Part shown: piece by piece, positions 41,509 to 56,491 of the stretch
How positions within the stretch are numbered: position 1 is the stretch's first letter
Layout of the letters: every line of letters starts with the position of its first letter
Source: Camelus dromedarius
Lineage: Eukaryota
DNA: 64,000 nt
NCBI RefSeq assembly: GCF_036321535.1
Contig: NC_087436.1
Span: forward strand, 88,042,001 to 88,106,000
Direction of reading: 5' to 3'
The notes under the pieces: generated by a model
Databases searched by the model: none
What the model was told of the DNA's origin: nothing
The model's input: only the letters and a program-made list of their open reading frames with translations
Position numbers and translations under genes: made by a program

Positions 41509-42489
41509 GACCACACCTTGTCCTCAGTATCTCCATCCCATGTTCTAGATCCTTCATCTGCCCTACATTCCTAGGAGGTAAGAATTTTGTCCTGGCCCCT
41601 TTTAGAGAAGGGTGGAAAAAGTGAGAGGACAAGAATCAATCCCCAATTATGATATACCCAGTTTTGCAGTCTCTCAGGGCTAGTAATTATGGGGTTCTAA
41701 TCTGTTATCTGCAATTTATAGGTGAGGAAGTGGAAACTTCATCCAGGTTATGTAACCAGTGAAAAGAGAAGCTAAGCATGGCTTTTCTTCATTACAATGA
41801 TTAAAGTATAGAAAGACCCTATGGTGTTTTTTATTTATTGTATAATGATTTGCTTATAGTTTACCTATAATAAGTTGAACAGCTTGGTGTGAATTTAAGG
41901 GAGCCCTTTGCAGGTACTGGTTTTAGTTTCTTCTTAATATGAGAGGAATAGCGTGATCCCAAGAAGAGATGTGCAGGGTACCCCATAAAAGATTGCCATG
42001 CTATGAGCATAGTTAATTTATCAGCCAATATTCTGAAATTCCTGTATCAATAAGATATGGTCGTTATAGTTTTATAATGATGGGATATGTTTGCCTATAA
42101 AAGATTGAAAAGCTTCTTGTAATTATGTAGTCAATTATAAAATTCCTAGTTAAAGTATCCCTAATTGCTAGAGAAATTCTAGGTTTAAAATTTCAGTTTA
42201 CCAATGGGGGAACAAAGGTTAAGACTATCCTAGAGTCTCTGAATTCTCAAACTTTACCATATAGAGTAAATTCAGGTTCTGCCCTGTTATTAACATGGGA
42301 TTTAAAAATCTCAGCTTCTGCAAACAGATGTATAAACTTCATTTCTTTCCTGTATCATCAGATTATTTTTGAAAGGTTATCTGAGATGTAGGAAGAGAGA
42401 GTTTGGATTACAGCTGCTTCCCCACTTAATCCCTGTTTGATTTTTGAGAGGGTAGTATAGGAATCTCCTTCATAGTGCATTTTCTTCTT

Positions 42490-42632
42490 CTTCTTTTTTT
42501 AAATTTTTTTAATATTTGGGTTATTTTTTAATTTTTTAAATTTTTTAAACATTTTTATTGATTTATAATCATTTTACAATGTTGTGTCAAATTCCAGTGT
42601 AGAGCACAATTTTTCAGTTATACATGAACATA
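42490..42632 (-). mobile_element. Very short 5'-truncated lineage-specific L1 3' end
   Basis: T-rich tail then aacatttttattgatttataatcattttacaatgttgtgtcaaattccagtgtagagcac. 14-bp TSD tgcattttcttctt (42476) / tgcgttttcttctt (42633), one mismatch. Confidence 0.85.
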
Positions 42633-43704
42633 TGCGTTTTCTTCTTAACTGAATTTCAGGTACACGCCTTTAGGATAGTCTCAATTTTTAGGAAATCTGA
42701 GATGAATGTTCTTTCTGATTTCCTCTGATCAACAATAAATTCTGAGCCATTTAGCCAAGGTGAGGCTACAGCCGTCAATCCTGGAGTAAAGGTTTGCCAT
42801 GAGCCTTTTAAAGCTGTGCCTCCCTCTGCTTGAGACAGTGCTGTGAAGGTGGTGCCGTACTCTCCTTGGTGTTGTGTGAGTGCAGTCACCCTCTCACTGA
42901 GACGAATAAAGGAAAACGAACAGTTCCTTATTGGGTTTCTTGCCCCTCATTGCAATTTAATTACCATTACTCTTATCTAATATCTCTTTCACATTCACTA
43001 GTTTTGAACTAGTTCCTGATCATTATTAAGGTCTAAATTCAGCCCGCTTCTAAAAAGCTCCTGATTAATCTTTGTAAGAAACATGTATCTTCATTTTAAA
43101 TAAAAATCTCTCCTTCATCAAATTCTCAAGAAGCATTCTGCCCTTCTCTGAGTACTTATAATTCTCTATTTTTTCCCTACTCTAGTTTGTGGCTTTCTTG
43201 GTTATATTTAATTTTTTTATTACAATTTCATCCTATTGATGTGGTATTCTGTAAAATACATTGTTAACAGTTTTAAGCAGACATAAAATTCCTGTGTGCT
43301 TTGTTTTAATTGGACCCCAGGCACGCAGAATTGGATAAAATCATGATCCTTGTCCAAGACACTTTTGCTACTGATGGATCCCTGTTTCACTGCCTGTGTA
43401 TTTGTTAATTTACAGTATTACAGTTACCTATGAGCCTACCACCTGAGACTCTGAAAATTTAAGCCTAATTATGTAAAGCTCTTCTAGTTTTCTCCCTGGC
43501 TACTTCTTTACTATTACACTGATTTTTATGTTAATGATACCCTTAACTTGAAAAAAATGTTTTTGAGCTTTTTAAAAAATTGGATCATACTGTTTATTGT
43601 CCTCTGGGGCTTATTTTTTCACTCAACAATATGTTACTAAGATTAACCTATGAAACATGTAGCTGTTCATCATTATTTTCTTAGGTGTGTTATTGCCAAT
43701 CTAG

Positions 43705-44192
43705 TGGCCCCTGCTCTCTTAGGTTTAGTGGCTGGGGCCCTGCAAATGAAACTGACAGCAGATTAACAGAAGAAAAAGTTGATTACATACACATTGGAGG
43801 CCTTCACAGAAAAGTAGTGAAGACCCAAAGGAAGGTTAGACCTGAGGACCTATTTTAACAAAGAGCAGTACTTTATGAAGAAGTGACAGAGGAAAAGGGT
43901 TTGGGCTCCCAGAGGTGGTAAATGGTGGGAAGGTAAATATATGGGGAAACTAATGGAAGATAAGGGCAATTTAGTGAGGTTTCTTTGTGCAGATCCATCT
44001 CAGTGCCAACTCCCTGTTTCTAGTGATAATGGTTGTTCTCTTCTTGATATGGGAAAGGGGAGGGGAGGCTGCTGTTAGGCAGAAAGGAGGGTAGAGAGCT
44101 TTTCCTGCATCTCCTGTTTCTCAGTGGCTGTCAGCTCAAAATAATTCTTACACCAAAGTGCCATGCTTGGTGGTGGCATACTCTGACCTTCA
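43705..44192 (-). mobile_element. Complete ERV1 solo LTR, MER34/LTR39-like
   Basis: TG...CA ends with a perfect 4-bp TSD CTAG (43701-43704 / 44193-44196). Reverse complement begins TGAAGGTCAGAGTATGCCACC...ATTATTTTGAGCTGACAGCCACTGAGAA, like the recalled MER34 consensus. Confidence 0.85.
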
Positions 44193-44393
44193 CTAGATTG
44201 TGGGTGATATAAAAAAATGATTTAAACTTCTACCAGCAATGTGTATGAAGCCTCATTCATTTATATTATCTCCACTATTTGGTATTGTCAGATTTAATTT
44301 TTTCCCCATCAAATACGTATAAAATAACATCCTGTATATTTTCATTCTCCTTATTACTGATGAAATCAAGCATCTCTCCATATGTTTATTGTC

Positions 44394-45240
44394 TTAGGAA
44401 TAAGCATAACAAAGGACAGAACTAGAAAATTATAAAACTTGCCTGAAAGCATTTAAAGAAGTGGGAAGATATTTCATATGAATATGTAAAAATACAATTA
44501 CTCCCAAATTGATCTATAGATTTATTATAACTCCAATAAAAATCCTAACAGTTTTTATGGAACTTGAAAAGATGACTCTGAATTGAATATAGAAGAACAA
44601 TGGCCCAAGAAGAGCCAAGTTATCTCTGAAGAAAAATCAAGGAGTTCTTGCAATACCAGACACCAGAACTTATTAGTAATCTCTAATAATTAAGGCAGCA
44701 TGATTTTAGTGTAGATGTATATAAATTGATGAAATAGCTCAAAAACAGACCCACACATATATAGAATTAGAATCTATATCAATGGTGATTTGTATAATCT
44801 TTCACCCATCAGACTTTCTCCTTTTGGACTCTTTCCCGTGGAACTCTACAAGTAAAGAATGTTAAATGCACAAAATGTTTATTGTATAACATTATAAATT
44901 TTGAATATTGAAATCTGGGATGAAATGTTCATTAATAGGGAGCTCATTAAATAAATCATAAATTATAATAAATTATAATGAGTATCACATGGCTGTCAAA
45001 TAGTCTAAGGAGAAGCTCTAAGTACTGACATGGAAAGAAGCATCATTCTGTTAAGTGAAAATAAGGTGTGTGGGTGAGTGTGTGTAGGAAAAAGCCTGGA
45101 AGTAGATACATACCAAGTTGTCAATGGTAATTTTATATATATATATATGGGGAAGAGGAGGGATTTTACTTTCTGGTTTAAATGTTTTGGTGTGTTTTAC
45201 ATATTAGGAACTAGCATATAATTTTTAAAGAAATAAACAA
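44394..45240 (+). mobile_element. Degenerate L1ME-like ORF2 / 3' fragments
   Basis: ctcccaaattgatctatagatttattataactccaataaaaatcc (PKLIYRF..PIKIP-like) and downstream 3' UTR-like sequence. Confidence 0.6.
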
Positions 45241-45717
45241 AACAAACATTTATATGACAAATTTCTAATACTAATAAAGCCAAATAATTTTAAATTGTTG
45301 GAAAAGTTGGTGTTCCTTTTGGATACTGTTACGAGAGAAAGTCAAGACTGTCTGGAATATGGAGCTGGCTCAGTCAAAAGCTGCTTTCCTCTAGGTGCTG
45401 CAGAGCTACATGAGTTTGTTTTTAACTTTCTGACAGTAACAATTGTACTAACAACAACAATGACAATTTTTTTCATCTGCATAGTCCATAGTTCAGTGAT
45501 TTGTGATTATGAAGCGAGTATTTTTTAATTTAGAGCTTGTTAAGTTAGATGTTCAACCAACTTCTTAGAGAAAAATAGTAGCTTTCTTAGAAAAGGAGAT
45601 TGACAGATTTGTAGTAGATCCTATCATGAAAATTAAAATTGATTATTGATTGGTTAATTGAAATCCTGAGAAGACTTATAACCTGTTTAGCACACACTTG
45701 ATTTTTTTTTCCCGTAG

Positions 45718-45797
45718 ATTCCTGTTCATCCTGTGCCCGATCCCTTAGTTCACGAAGTTCTAAACTTAGCTTTTAAGCACTTTAAACATAAGGAAGG
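45718..45797 (+). CDS. FRYL: FRYL exon IPVHPVPDPLVHEVLNLAFKHFKHKE(G)
   Basis: tttttcccgtag| ... AAGG|GTAAGT. 80 nt, phase 0-2. Confidence 0.96.
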
Positions 45798-46126
45798 GTA
45801 AGTAAAGTACTTACGGGATTGTTGCTTTTCTCTGCGGTCCAGGTTTAGTTTGTTAATTTGGACTCTCATGGATTATTTGTTTTTGGAGTTCAAAGCAATT
45901 ATCTTCCTCTTTTTTTTTTTTTTAAATCCACACAAGATACTTATGGGAAAGATTTTGTCAAAATAATTCTTAAAACCATTGATTGGATTTATAAGAATCA
46001 TGTTTAATTTCCTGGCAAATAAAAATCCAGAGATAGAAGAAAATTCATATGGTTTTTAGCATCCTACAAATGAATCTTCAGAGAAAATTTATACAACACT
46101 GATAAGGAATTTTTCAGATTTATTAA

Positions 46127-46267
<141 letters not shown>

Positions 46268-46398
46268 TAAGTTTTCTAAATCACTGATTGTGATTTGCTT
46301 TGCGTTTCAGAATTCATTACTAATGAATAGAATAGACTGACAGTTTTAGATCTACTTTTTTTTCCACAGAGTTATTGTAAAGTCCGCTCCATCTTTTT

Positions 46399-46588
46399 CT
46401 TCTTTTTTTAATATATTTTTATTGAACTATAGTCAGTTTATAATGTTATGTCAATTTTTGGTGTATAGCACAATGCTTCAGTCATACATGGACATACATA
46501 TATTCGTTTTCATATTCTTTTTAACGATAAGTTACTACAAGATATTGAATATAGTTCCCTGTGCTGTACAGTATGAACTTGTTGTTTT
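46399..46588 (-). mobile_element. Short 5'-truncated lineage-specific L1 3' end
   Basis: Perfect 13-bp TSD GCTCCATCTTTTT (46386-46398 / 46589-46601). Body related to 21318-21550. Confidence 0.88.
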
Positions 46589-48941
46589 GCTCCATCTTTT
46601 TTTATTTCACAGATCTTTTCCTTAGAGAATTTTTAAGTGACACTCATACCTCAATTCCACAACTTGTTTTCATTTATTCGGGCTTTTCCGTAAAACCTGA
46701 ATTGAGGAAGTCAGAAATTGCCAAGAAAAGTTAGGACATTACCTTATTCCCTATTTTTCACAGTTCTGTGAGAAGTCTTTTTAAAAATCTTTCTTTTAAA
46801 ACTCTTTCCATAGCTAATAATTACTTTTAATACTTTCTAGTTAGTACTTTTATTTCTGAGATAGCAATGCAGAGTCTTCCTTCTAACCATCTTATTTGTT
46901 TTAATACCGAACCGAGTTTTGAATAGGTAGAAGACATACCAAAAGGAAAGATAAATGATACTAGATTACTCCATAAAAAGGGTATTCCTTAGGAGTTACA
47001 CTCATTGAATTGTGTTGAACAGTCATTACAGTAAACAGTAAAAAAGATGTTTGTCTTTAGTATCTTGTGATTGCTCTAAAGACTATGGGAGATTTTGAAT
47101 TTCCTTTATTACTACTGGGAAATTTATAAGGAAAAATGTATCAATTCAGATTTTCTTGGGAGCCATATAAAGAGTCTTTGGCCTTGAAATTGTCATATAA
47201 CAACCATTTTAAATTCTAAGAAAGCAAATACAATTATTGTTAATGTTTAGTACTTTGGATTTGAATGTTAAGTAATGTATTTTATTTGGTATTTTTTTAA
47301 TTTAGTATTTATCTCTTGTAATACACCAGGGACCCTTGTATACCCAGTGTGATGGAACTTAGAACATAGTTGCTGTATTTGAAATGACTTGGACAATAAT
47401 ATTTCAATATTGCATTTATATTTAATCAACAATGAATCCCTGTCTCAGGAATATAGATACAAAAACATGAGCAATGATATATTTCTTTTTATGACATAGT
47501 AGTTCATGATACTTTAATTTTTATTGAAAATGATTTTCTGTCAGGAATGTAGGTGAGAAATTCTAAATAATACATTAGCAAGTTGGATCCAGAAGAACAC
47601 TCCATCACAGCCAAGATAAATCTAGGATGGTAAGGGTAGTAAGTCTAAGTGGCCAGTAAATCTGTGAAGTGATGCTCAGCCTCACTGGACTAGTTGTAGG
47701 AGAAATGCCACTCAAGCAATACTGAGGTCCTTTCCACCCACATATACAATGAGCATGGGAAAAATGTGGATGGACCCACACTAGATTAGGCTGATGGCAC
47801 CGACTTTAGAGAGGGCAGGTGGTGAGGTGGGAAGGGGAGAAAGAGAAAGGCTGGGGGCGTATTAGAATCTTGTCTAGGCATTTGCTTTGATTATAGTAAC
47901 TAGTAATTATTATGAGAAATTTAATAAAAGAAAAACCCCTTAGATTCTAATGTTATTACAATGGGAAGATTTTTACCCACTTTATATTTTCTTTATAAAA
48001 TGCAAAATAGTTCTTTCGTGGAAAATGGTGTTGTATTCTCCAAGACTGGAATGGAAATAAGTCGTACTTCCTATCGTGTACCCATATTTCATTTATATCT
48101 AATTACATATCCATATGTAATTAACATTAATCTGTCCTCAGTGACCATTGGGAAGTATATTTCATTTGTCATTTTAACTTTCAAGAGTTGGTTTCCCCAA
48201 GTAACACTAGCAGTAAAATCATTAGTTGTTTTATAATGCATAGAGGAGAAAAAATGAAGTATTATTAAACCATAAGATATTAAATTATTAAACTATCAGA
48301 TATCTTCTTCCAATGTAAGCAAAGAAAAACTTAGTAGCCTTAACAGTTGTGGTCATTCGAATCCAGGATGGTGCTCACATTTCAAAAGCAGTTTGAGTCT
48401 TTAGCTTATTCATATTGTGAGACTAGCGTCCTCTCACTCGTCTTCAGTTTTTCTAAGTACAAGGAAATATTAATTTCAAGTGATCATTAGTAGTCTGCAA
48501 TTGATTGGTTTATCTCTTTGAACAAATGTGCAATCTCCAGTCTGCTCTCCATGTAACTCAAATTGCAAACTTTATCAAAAGGAGCCTTAAAAATTAGAGA
48601 CACTCTGATTTACATGTGGATGTTTTATGGGTGGGTTATTAGATCTTATGTTTATGATGATGATTAACTATGAAATGGTAATGGTGCTGTGTTGATGGTA
48701 TTATAGGAAGAAGAAACTCTGTTATTTCTCCTTAGGGAATTTCTGGTTTGACAAATACATGTAACAGCACATTTAGAATAACAAATAATTCTGTTTTCTT
48801 CTGTACATTTTTCTGGTAACTTTGATGAGGGCAGGGAAAGGAGGTGATGTTTAGATAAAATACTTTTGGTTTCAGCCTTAAATATCATGTGAGGAATGAG
48901 TGTTTTTAATTCACATCAAATTGTGTATCCCTGTACATTAA

Positions 48942-49139
<198 letters not shown>

Positions 49140-49359
49140 TAGACTTAGCCTAACAGTGATTGTTTCTGCATTTCATGACTCTTTAAAGACACAAAGTAAA
49201 TATAAATGAATGACATGGTTATTAATTCCTTATCCCAAGTTTTAAATTGTCACAAGTGTGAATTAACTTTCTTTTCAAATTTGAGCATGATTTGAACCTA
49301 GCTTTCTGGTAAAATTGCAGAGTGTTTACAAAATTATTGGGATAGTAAAATTACTTTAA

Positions 49360-49509
<150 letters not shown>

Positions 49510-50307
49510 TAATTTTTATGTTATGCTTTAAAAGTACCTTTTCGTTGAAGAAGTTGACACACGAAATAGTCTTACTTTCTGGTCATGTCATAGACAGTTA
49601 AGTGGAACTCTGAATGTCATGTGGGTGTGGGGAAATGGTTATTAGGCAAATAGCAGAATAGCATGGATCAGTCTTTTAATTAAAAGAACAAGCCCAGGCC
49701 CTTAAGACGTAGAGGCTGTTAGGAAGGCAGAGAGGATTTGTAACCTGAAAGTAATGGTTATCTCAAGTAGCTCAGTCTAACACCCTGCATTTACTCATGG
49801 TGTTTGCTGCTTGCAAAATGGCAGCCACTTTAATGCCTCTGAAGATTTCAAAAGTACTGTGACGCATATCCTGGAGTTTACAGGACTGTCTTGATTTTAA
49901 ATGTTCATTTCTCTGTAGTTGCTGTGATGTTCATCATACCTGTCAGAATATGTATTCTAAATTGTTTAGAAAATTTGATTGCTGTAAATATGATTGCAGT
50001 AACTTCTAGGGAGGCAGATTCATAGAAGCTTTTCTTGATGTAAATTCATTGTGTTATTCAAAAAATAGTTTTGCAGTTACTAGTAACATAGAGGGCTACA
50101 AATAACATTCAGGGATTTTAGGATACTTAGACATGCTAGATTTTTTTATTTCCTGAGTCTCCCCCACCACCCCCTACTCAGTTTTGCCTATGGTATATCA
50201 TATGCTGCTCACTTTCAGTATTCTACTGTGCTGTATAATGATATTTTTTATATATATTATGTATTTTTTTATATATTATATATATTATATATATATATTC
50301 TTTCACT

Positions 50308-53300
50308 TTAAAACAGACTTATGGAGGTAAAATTGACATAAAATAAACTACACATACTTGAAGTATATAGTTAGACATACGTATGTGCCTGTGAAACCTT
50401 CACCACAATGAAGGTAACATACATATCTATCACACTCTAAAAGTTTCCTCGTGCTTCTTTTTAATCCCCTTCCACTCACCCCACGTTGTTCTTGGATAAT
50501 CATTGATCTTCTTTCTAGTCCTCTATGTTAGTTTTGTGTTTCCTAGAATTTTCTACAAGTGGAATCTTAAAGTACAGACTCTGTTTTCTAGTTTCTTTCA
50601 GTCTGCATGATTATTTTGAGTTCCAACTATGTTACAGAACATATCAGTAATGTAGTAATTATTGACTAGTATTTCATTGTACGAATATATCACAATTTGG
50701 TTATATGTTTACCTGGTTTTAGACATTTGGGTTGTCTCTGGTTTTTGACTGTTACAAATAAAGCTGCTATGAACATTCACGCACAGGTCTGTGTATGGAC
50801 ATGTGCTTTTATTTCCTTTGGGTGAATGTCTAGGAGTGGAATAGCTGGACCAAATGGTAGGTATATGTTTTAACTCTTAAAGTAATTGCGAGTGTTCCAA
50901 AGTGGTTGTACCGTTTTGCATTCCCACCAGCAGTACCTCCTGCCACATCCTCACCAACTCAGGCTTTGGCTGGTCTTTTTACTTTTAGCCAGTCTGATAG
51001 GTGTGTCATGTATCTCTTTTAATTTTCATTTCCCTGATGACTAATGATTTTGAGCAGCTTTTCCTGTCCTTATTTGCTGTCCGTATATTTTCTTTGGCAA
51101 AATGTCTGTTAAAATTGTTTTTCCCATTTTTAAAATGGAGTATTCATTTTATGATTGAGTTTTGAAAGATATACTTTTATTTTTTATTTTTGTATATTCT
51201 GGGTCCAAGTTTTTTGTCAGATATATACTTTAGGAATAGTTTCTCCTAGTCCATGATTTGTCTTTTCATTTTCTTAAATTATGTCTTTGGAACAGAAGAT
51301 GTTTTTAATTTTGATGAAGTCTGATTTATCAATTTGTTCTTTTATAAATTGTGCTTTTAGTATCATATCTATGAAGTCTTTGCCTAATCCAAGGTAACAA
51401 AGGTTTTCTGTATTTCAGTTTTAGGGTTTACTTCTAGGTCAGTGATCCATTTTGAGTTAATTTCATATACGGTATGAGGTATGGATTGAAGTTTTGTTTT
51501 TGCATATGACATCCAGTTGTTCCTGTGTACCATTTGACCATTTGTCGTCAAGACAGCTCTTTCCAAGCACATTGGTTCCTTTGTCTAAAAATCAATGAAC
51601 TCTATTTGTGTAGGTCTATTCCTGACTCTGTTCTATTCCAATAATCCGTGTGTATATTCCCACAACAGTGGTACACTGTCTTAATAACTGTAGTAAGTTA
51701 AAAGGCAGTTAGTATACATCTTCCCACTTTATGTTTTTTTCAAAAAAATTTTGACTCTTCTAGGTCTGTTGCATTTCCCTGTAAATTCTTGAATCACCTA
51801 GCCAGTTAAAAATCTGGTGGGATTTGATTGGGATTTTATTAATGGCATTTTTTTAAGTTTCATTTTCCAGGTGTTCCAAAATATTTTTCATTATGTGTGT
51901 TTTATTTTATTTTTGCCTTATTGCACTGGCTAGGACTCTCAGTACAATGATAAATAGAAGTGATGGGAGCAGACTTACTTGCCTCCTTTCACATTTTAGG
52001 ACTGAAGTTGTCAGTCTTTTACCAAGAAGTGTGATGTGACCTGTAGGTTTTTCATAGAGGCCTTTTATCGTAATGAGGAAATTTATTTCTGTTCCTAGTT
52101 CGTTAAGAGTTTTTTTTTCAGTAATGAATTTTGGATCTTGTGAAATGCTTTTTTCTTCCCCATCTACTGAAATAATCATACCATTTTTGCTTTTTGTTAA
52201 TATGGTGAATTACATTCATTACTTTTTCAAATATTGGGTCAACCTTCCATTCCTGGGGTTAAGCTCTTGACCATGATAAGATTTTTTAAGATACTATTTC
52301 TAAGATTTTTTGTTTTGCAGATTTTTGCATCTGTCTATGTTCATGGGGCTATTGGTCTGTAGTTTTCTTTTCCTGTAATGCCTTTGTTTGGTTTTAGTGA
52401 CAAGGCAATGTCAGAAATGTTTGTGCAGGATTGGCTTTATGTCTAGAATTCACCGGTAAAGCCTTATGGCCTGGGATTTTCCTTGTGGGAAGCTTTTTAA
52501 CTGCAGATGATTTTCTTCAAAAGACATAGGGCTGCTCAGCTGTTTCTTCTTGAGTAAGCTTTCATGTCTTTCTAAGGAGTTTGTCCATTTTGTGTGAATT
52601 TTCCAACTTATTGGTGTAAAGTTGTTCATAATATTCCCTTATTTTCTTCAAATACCTGTAACATCTGTGGTGACCTCCTTCATTCCAAATATTAGTAGTT
52701 TGTGACTTTTCTCCTTTTTTCCTGATCTTTCTGGCTAGAAGTTTATTGATTCTGTTGATCTTCTTGAAGAACTAGTTTTTTACTTTATTGATGTTCTCTG
52801 TTTTTCAGTTTTCTATTTCATTGATTTCTGCTTGGATTTTTAACTATTCTTTCTTCTACTGACTTTGGTTTTAATTTGCTCTTTTTTTCCGCCTAGTTTC
52901 TTAAGGTGGAAGCTGAGGTCATTGAGACCTTTCCTCTTTTCTAATATAAGCATTTATGCTTTATGTTTTCCTCTAACTAGTTCTACAGTGACAGCTTACA
53001 AATTCTGACATGTTGTGTTTTCATTTTCATAAAGCTCAAAATACTTTCTACTCTCCTTTTTGAAATCCATGGGTTATTTTTTTCTCCAAAGATCTTCAGA
53101 TTATTCATTTTTAATTTGTGGTTAGAGAACATACTTACTTGCTTGAATCTGATTAGATGCATTGACATTTGGTTTGGGAGCTAGAATATTATTTATTTTG
53201 ATGACTGTTCCGTGTACACTTAAAAGACTGTGTATACTGCTGTTGGAGAGAGTGTTCTATCAATATCAATTAGGGCAAATGGGTTGATAGTGTTCTTCAA

Positions 53301-54030
53301 CTTTGTGATAACCTTGCTGATTTTCTATCTACTTGTTCTATCAATTTTTGAGAGAGGAGTGTTGAAATCTCTGACTAACTGAAGATTTGTCTGTTTGTCT
53401 TTATAGTTCTGTCAGTTTTTCCTTTGTGTAAGTTTAAGCTCTAGTATGAGGCACATATTTGTTTAGGATTGTTATATCCTCTTGATTTGACACCATTATC
53501 ATCTTGAAATAACCTTCCTTATCCCTGCTAATAATATTCTTTCCTCTGAAATCTACTTTGTCTGATACTAATTTAGCCACTCCTCCTTTCTTTTGATCAT
53601 GTAAGGATAGTATATCCTTTTCCATTTTTTAACTTTTAATCTACTTGCGTTTTTATATTTAAAGTACTTTTTTTTTTTTTTGTAGGCAGGGTCTTGCTTT
53701 TTTATCCAGTCTGACAGTCTCTGCCTTTTAACTGGGGACTACATACACTTAATATGATTTTCGATAATGTTATTTTAAATCTGTCATCTTCTGATTATAT
53801 TTTTTATTTCTGCATCTGTTCTTTGTTCCCTTTTTCTTCTGCTTTTTTTGGGGGGGAATTAATTGAATAATTTTGTGATTCTTTCATCTCCTTTTTGGCT
53901 TATTAGCTATATCTCATTGTTTTATCATTATATTGTTCATGGTCTACATCTTTAACTTATTGTTGTCTACCTCAAGTAATATTGTTGAGTAAATAATACC
54001 ACTTATTTGTAAAAACTTTGCACAATGGTA
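50308..54030 (-). mobile_element. Long degenerate L1M element (3' UTR through ORF2 endonuclease)
   Basis: Minus ORF 51907-52179 (MIISVDGEEK...LLFIIVLRVLASAIRQK, RT), ORF 53434-53625 (QKKGGVAKLVSDKVDF...RDKEGYFKMI...QEDITILNKYVP, EN) and 51384-51572 (INSKWITDLEV). Many stops and frameshifts. Confidence 0.92.
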
Positions 54031-54954
54031 TACTTCTGTTTGCTCCCTGAAAACTCTCACACAGCAGTAAGCTGGTGGCCATTAAAGGGCTTCCCTTATT
54101 TAATTTCCATTCCTCAGGGGTTACTTTCTTTTGTTGACTGATGTATAATGTTTTGCATGTCACTTCATATATTTCGTTCATTTTTTGGTTGTTTCAGATC
54201 GTAGGGTTAACTAGCCCCCCTTTTTACCATCCTGGCTAGAAATGCAAGTTGGTAACATTCACTTTATCCAGGTTTTATTCTATTTTAAAAATTTAATAGT
54301 GAAGAAATTTATTTTCATATTGAGAGTCTAATTTAACTGTTTTGCTTTCATTTTTAAACATCGAATTAATAATTTATAATTTATGTATTCATATGGATTG
54401 GTCTGTGGTATTCAGGTTCTATCTTTAGACCATGTTTAGAAAAGATGAACAGAGAATTGTAAGAAAAATTAAGAAGTTAAAATATTGATGATAGCTATCA
54501 TATCAGTTAGCATGATTTTTTTTACCTGGTTTGAATATTTGCTTATAATTAAATATTTGATGGGTTTTTTAATGAGTATAAATAGAAGTCATTAATTATA
54601 AGTTTGTAAGTAGTTTGAGTCAGATAGCTCCCCATCCCCACTCCTACCTCAGTTTTTAACCATGTGAATAGGTTCACTTTACCAAAAAGAAAATGATCAT
54701 TTATAAAACCATATCAGCTTAGTCTATTACCATGCACTTCAATTTCTTTTCCTAGAAATGATTTGAATTACTGCTTATCCATCCCAGATTGTTTGTGCTT
54801 CCTCCTTGTCTGAAAATCTGTTTTTGCCAGCTATCTGAGATTATGTTTTTAAGGTAATTCATCAAAAGGAGCAGATTGTAGGAAGACCTTTGACTATGCT
54901 CCATTCTTATATGTTGCCTAATTCTTCTTTTATGCCATATTTGCTTTTATGATC

Positions 54955-55410
54955 TCTTTGTTCATTAGGGCTGCCCTAACAAAGTACCACAAAGCAGGTG
55001 GCTTAAACAACAAAAATTTATTGTCTCACAGTTATGGAAGCTAGATGTCTGAGATCAAGGTGTTGGCAGGTTGATTTTCTGAGTGCTGTGAGGAAGATCT
55101 GTTCTAGGCCTCTTGCCTAGCTTCTGGAAGTTTACTGAAAATCTCTGACATTCCTTGCCTCATGGAAGTATCACCCTGATCTCTGCCTTCATCTTCATAC
55201 AGTGTTCTCTTCATGTGCATGTCTTTGTCCAAAATTTCTCCCCCCTTTTAAGGATACCAGTCATGCTGGAGTAGCTCCCACCCCCAATCCAGTATAACCT
55301 CATCCTAACTAATTATATCTGCAATGACCTATTTTCATGTAAGGTCACATTATGAAGTATGTGGGGTTAGGACTTTAATCTCTGAACTTTGGGACAGTTG
55401 AGCCTATATC
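54955..55410 (-). mobile_element. MaLR solo LTR (MLT1B/C-like)
   Basis: tagggctgccctaacaaagtaccacaaagcaggtggcttaaacaacaaaaatttattgtctcacagtt...aaggtcacatt...ggggttaggactt. Confidence 0.85.
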
Positions 55411-55494
55411 ACCAGCCTCTGCGCAAAGAGCTCCTTCTGTCTGAAACATTCTTGCCTCTCTAATAACCCCCAGCCTCCTTTTCTTGTTGGACTC

Positions 55495-55985
55495 TACTTA
55501 ATTTATTCATTATATTGAGGGCTTTCTATGTGATAGGACATCTTTTATACACAGGGAGTACAACAATGAGCAAGATAGAAAAGACTCTCTGCTCTTACAG
55601 AGTTTAAGTCTAGTGCAGAAAACTCAAGCGAGTATGTAAAATATGCAGTATGATGGATGTGAAAATGGGGAGCATGAAACACATGGTGGGGACCTAAAAA
55701 TGGCCGAAGAGGGTGGGTAAGGGAGTTAAAACTTTAAGTAGAGTGATTAGGAAGGACCACCACCTTGAAAGAGATGGTGACAATTGAGCAGAAACTAAAG
55801 GAATGAGGGAGTAAGGCATTGCTGTATTGGGAGTAAGAGCTTCTTAGGCAGAAGGAACCAGTGCAGACATCCTGAGACAAGAGCATATTTGACGTGTTCT
55901 TGGAACAGCAAGGAAGCTAGTGTGGCTGGATCCCAGTGCAAGGGGCCAGAGCAGTGGGAATAAGGCCAGAGAGCTTAAGTGGGAG
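55495..55985 (-). mobile_element. L2 3' fragment
   Basis: ttattcattatattgagggctttctatgtgatagg...ggaacagcaaggaagctagtgtggctgga. Confidence 0.7.
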
Positions 55986-56356
55986 GCTATTTCAATATTT
56001 TAGGTAAAGAAATCCTGGATTCAGCTTAGATGTTACTTCGTTGTGCAGTTTTTCCACAGGGGCCCCTTCTGGGTTCTCTGAGAGCACTGAGAATTTCCTC
56101 TTACAGCTCCTGTTAGACTGCATCCTCATTGCCTGTTCACTTGCCTCTTTCTCTGCTTGTTCGCTCAGGGCAGGGACCAGGTTTAATCTTATTTACTTAA
56201 CATTTGGTCGTTTGGCACATTATGGTACTTGCATCAGATACTCAGTGAATTATTAACTGTAATTTCATACCTTACAGAAACGTCTCGTAATCCTGGTATA
56301 GTTTAGTCTAACGCGTATAACCATTCTCTTTGTTTTTGTATTATCTTCTTACCTAG

Positions 56357-56491
<135 letters not shown>

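Noticed and set aside
50308..54030. RT/endonuclease peptides as an active or domesticated element
   Set aside because: Short fragments separated by many stops, frameshifts and deletions. An ordinary dead L1.
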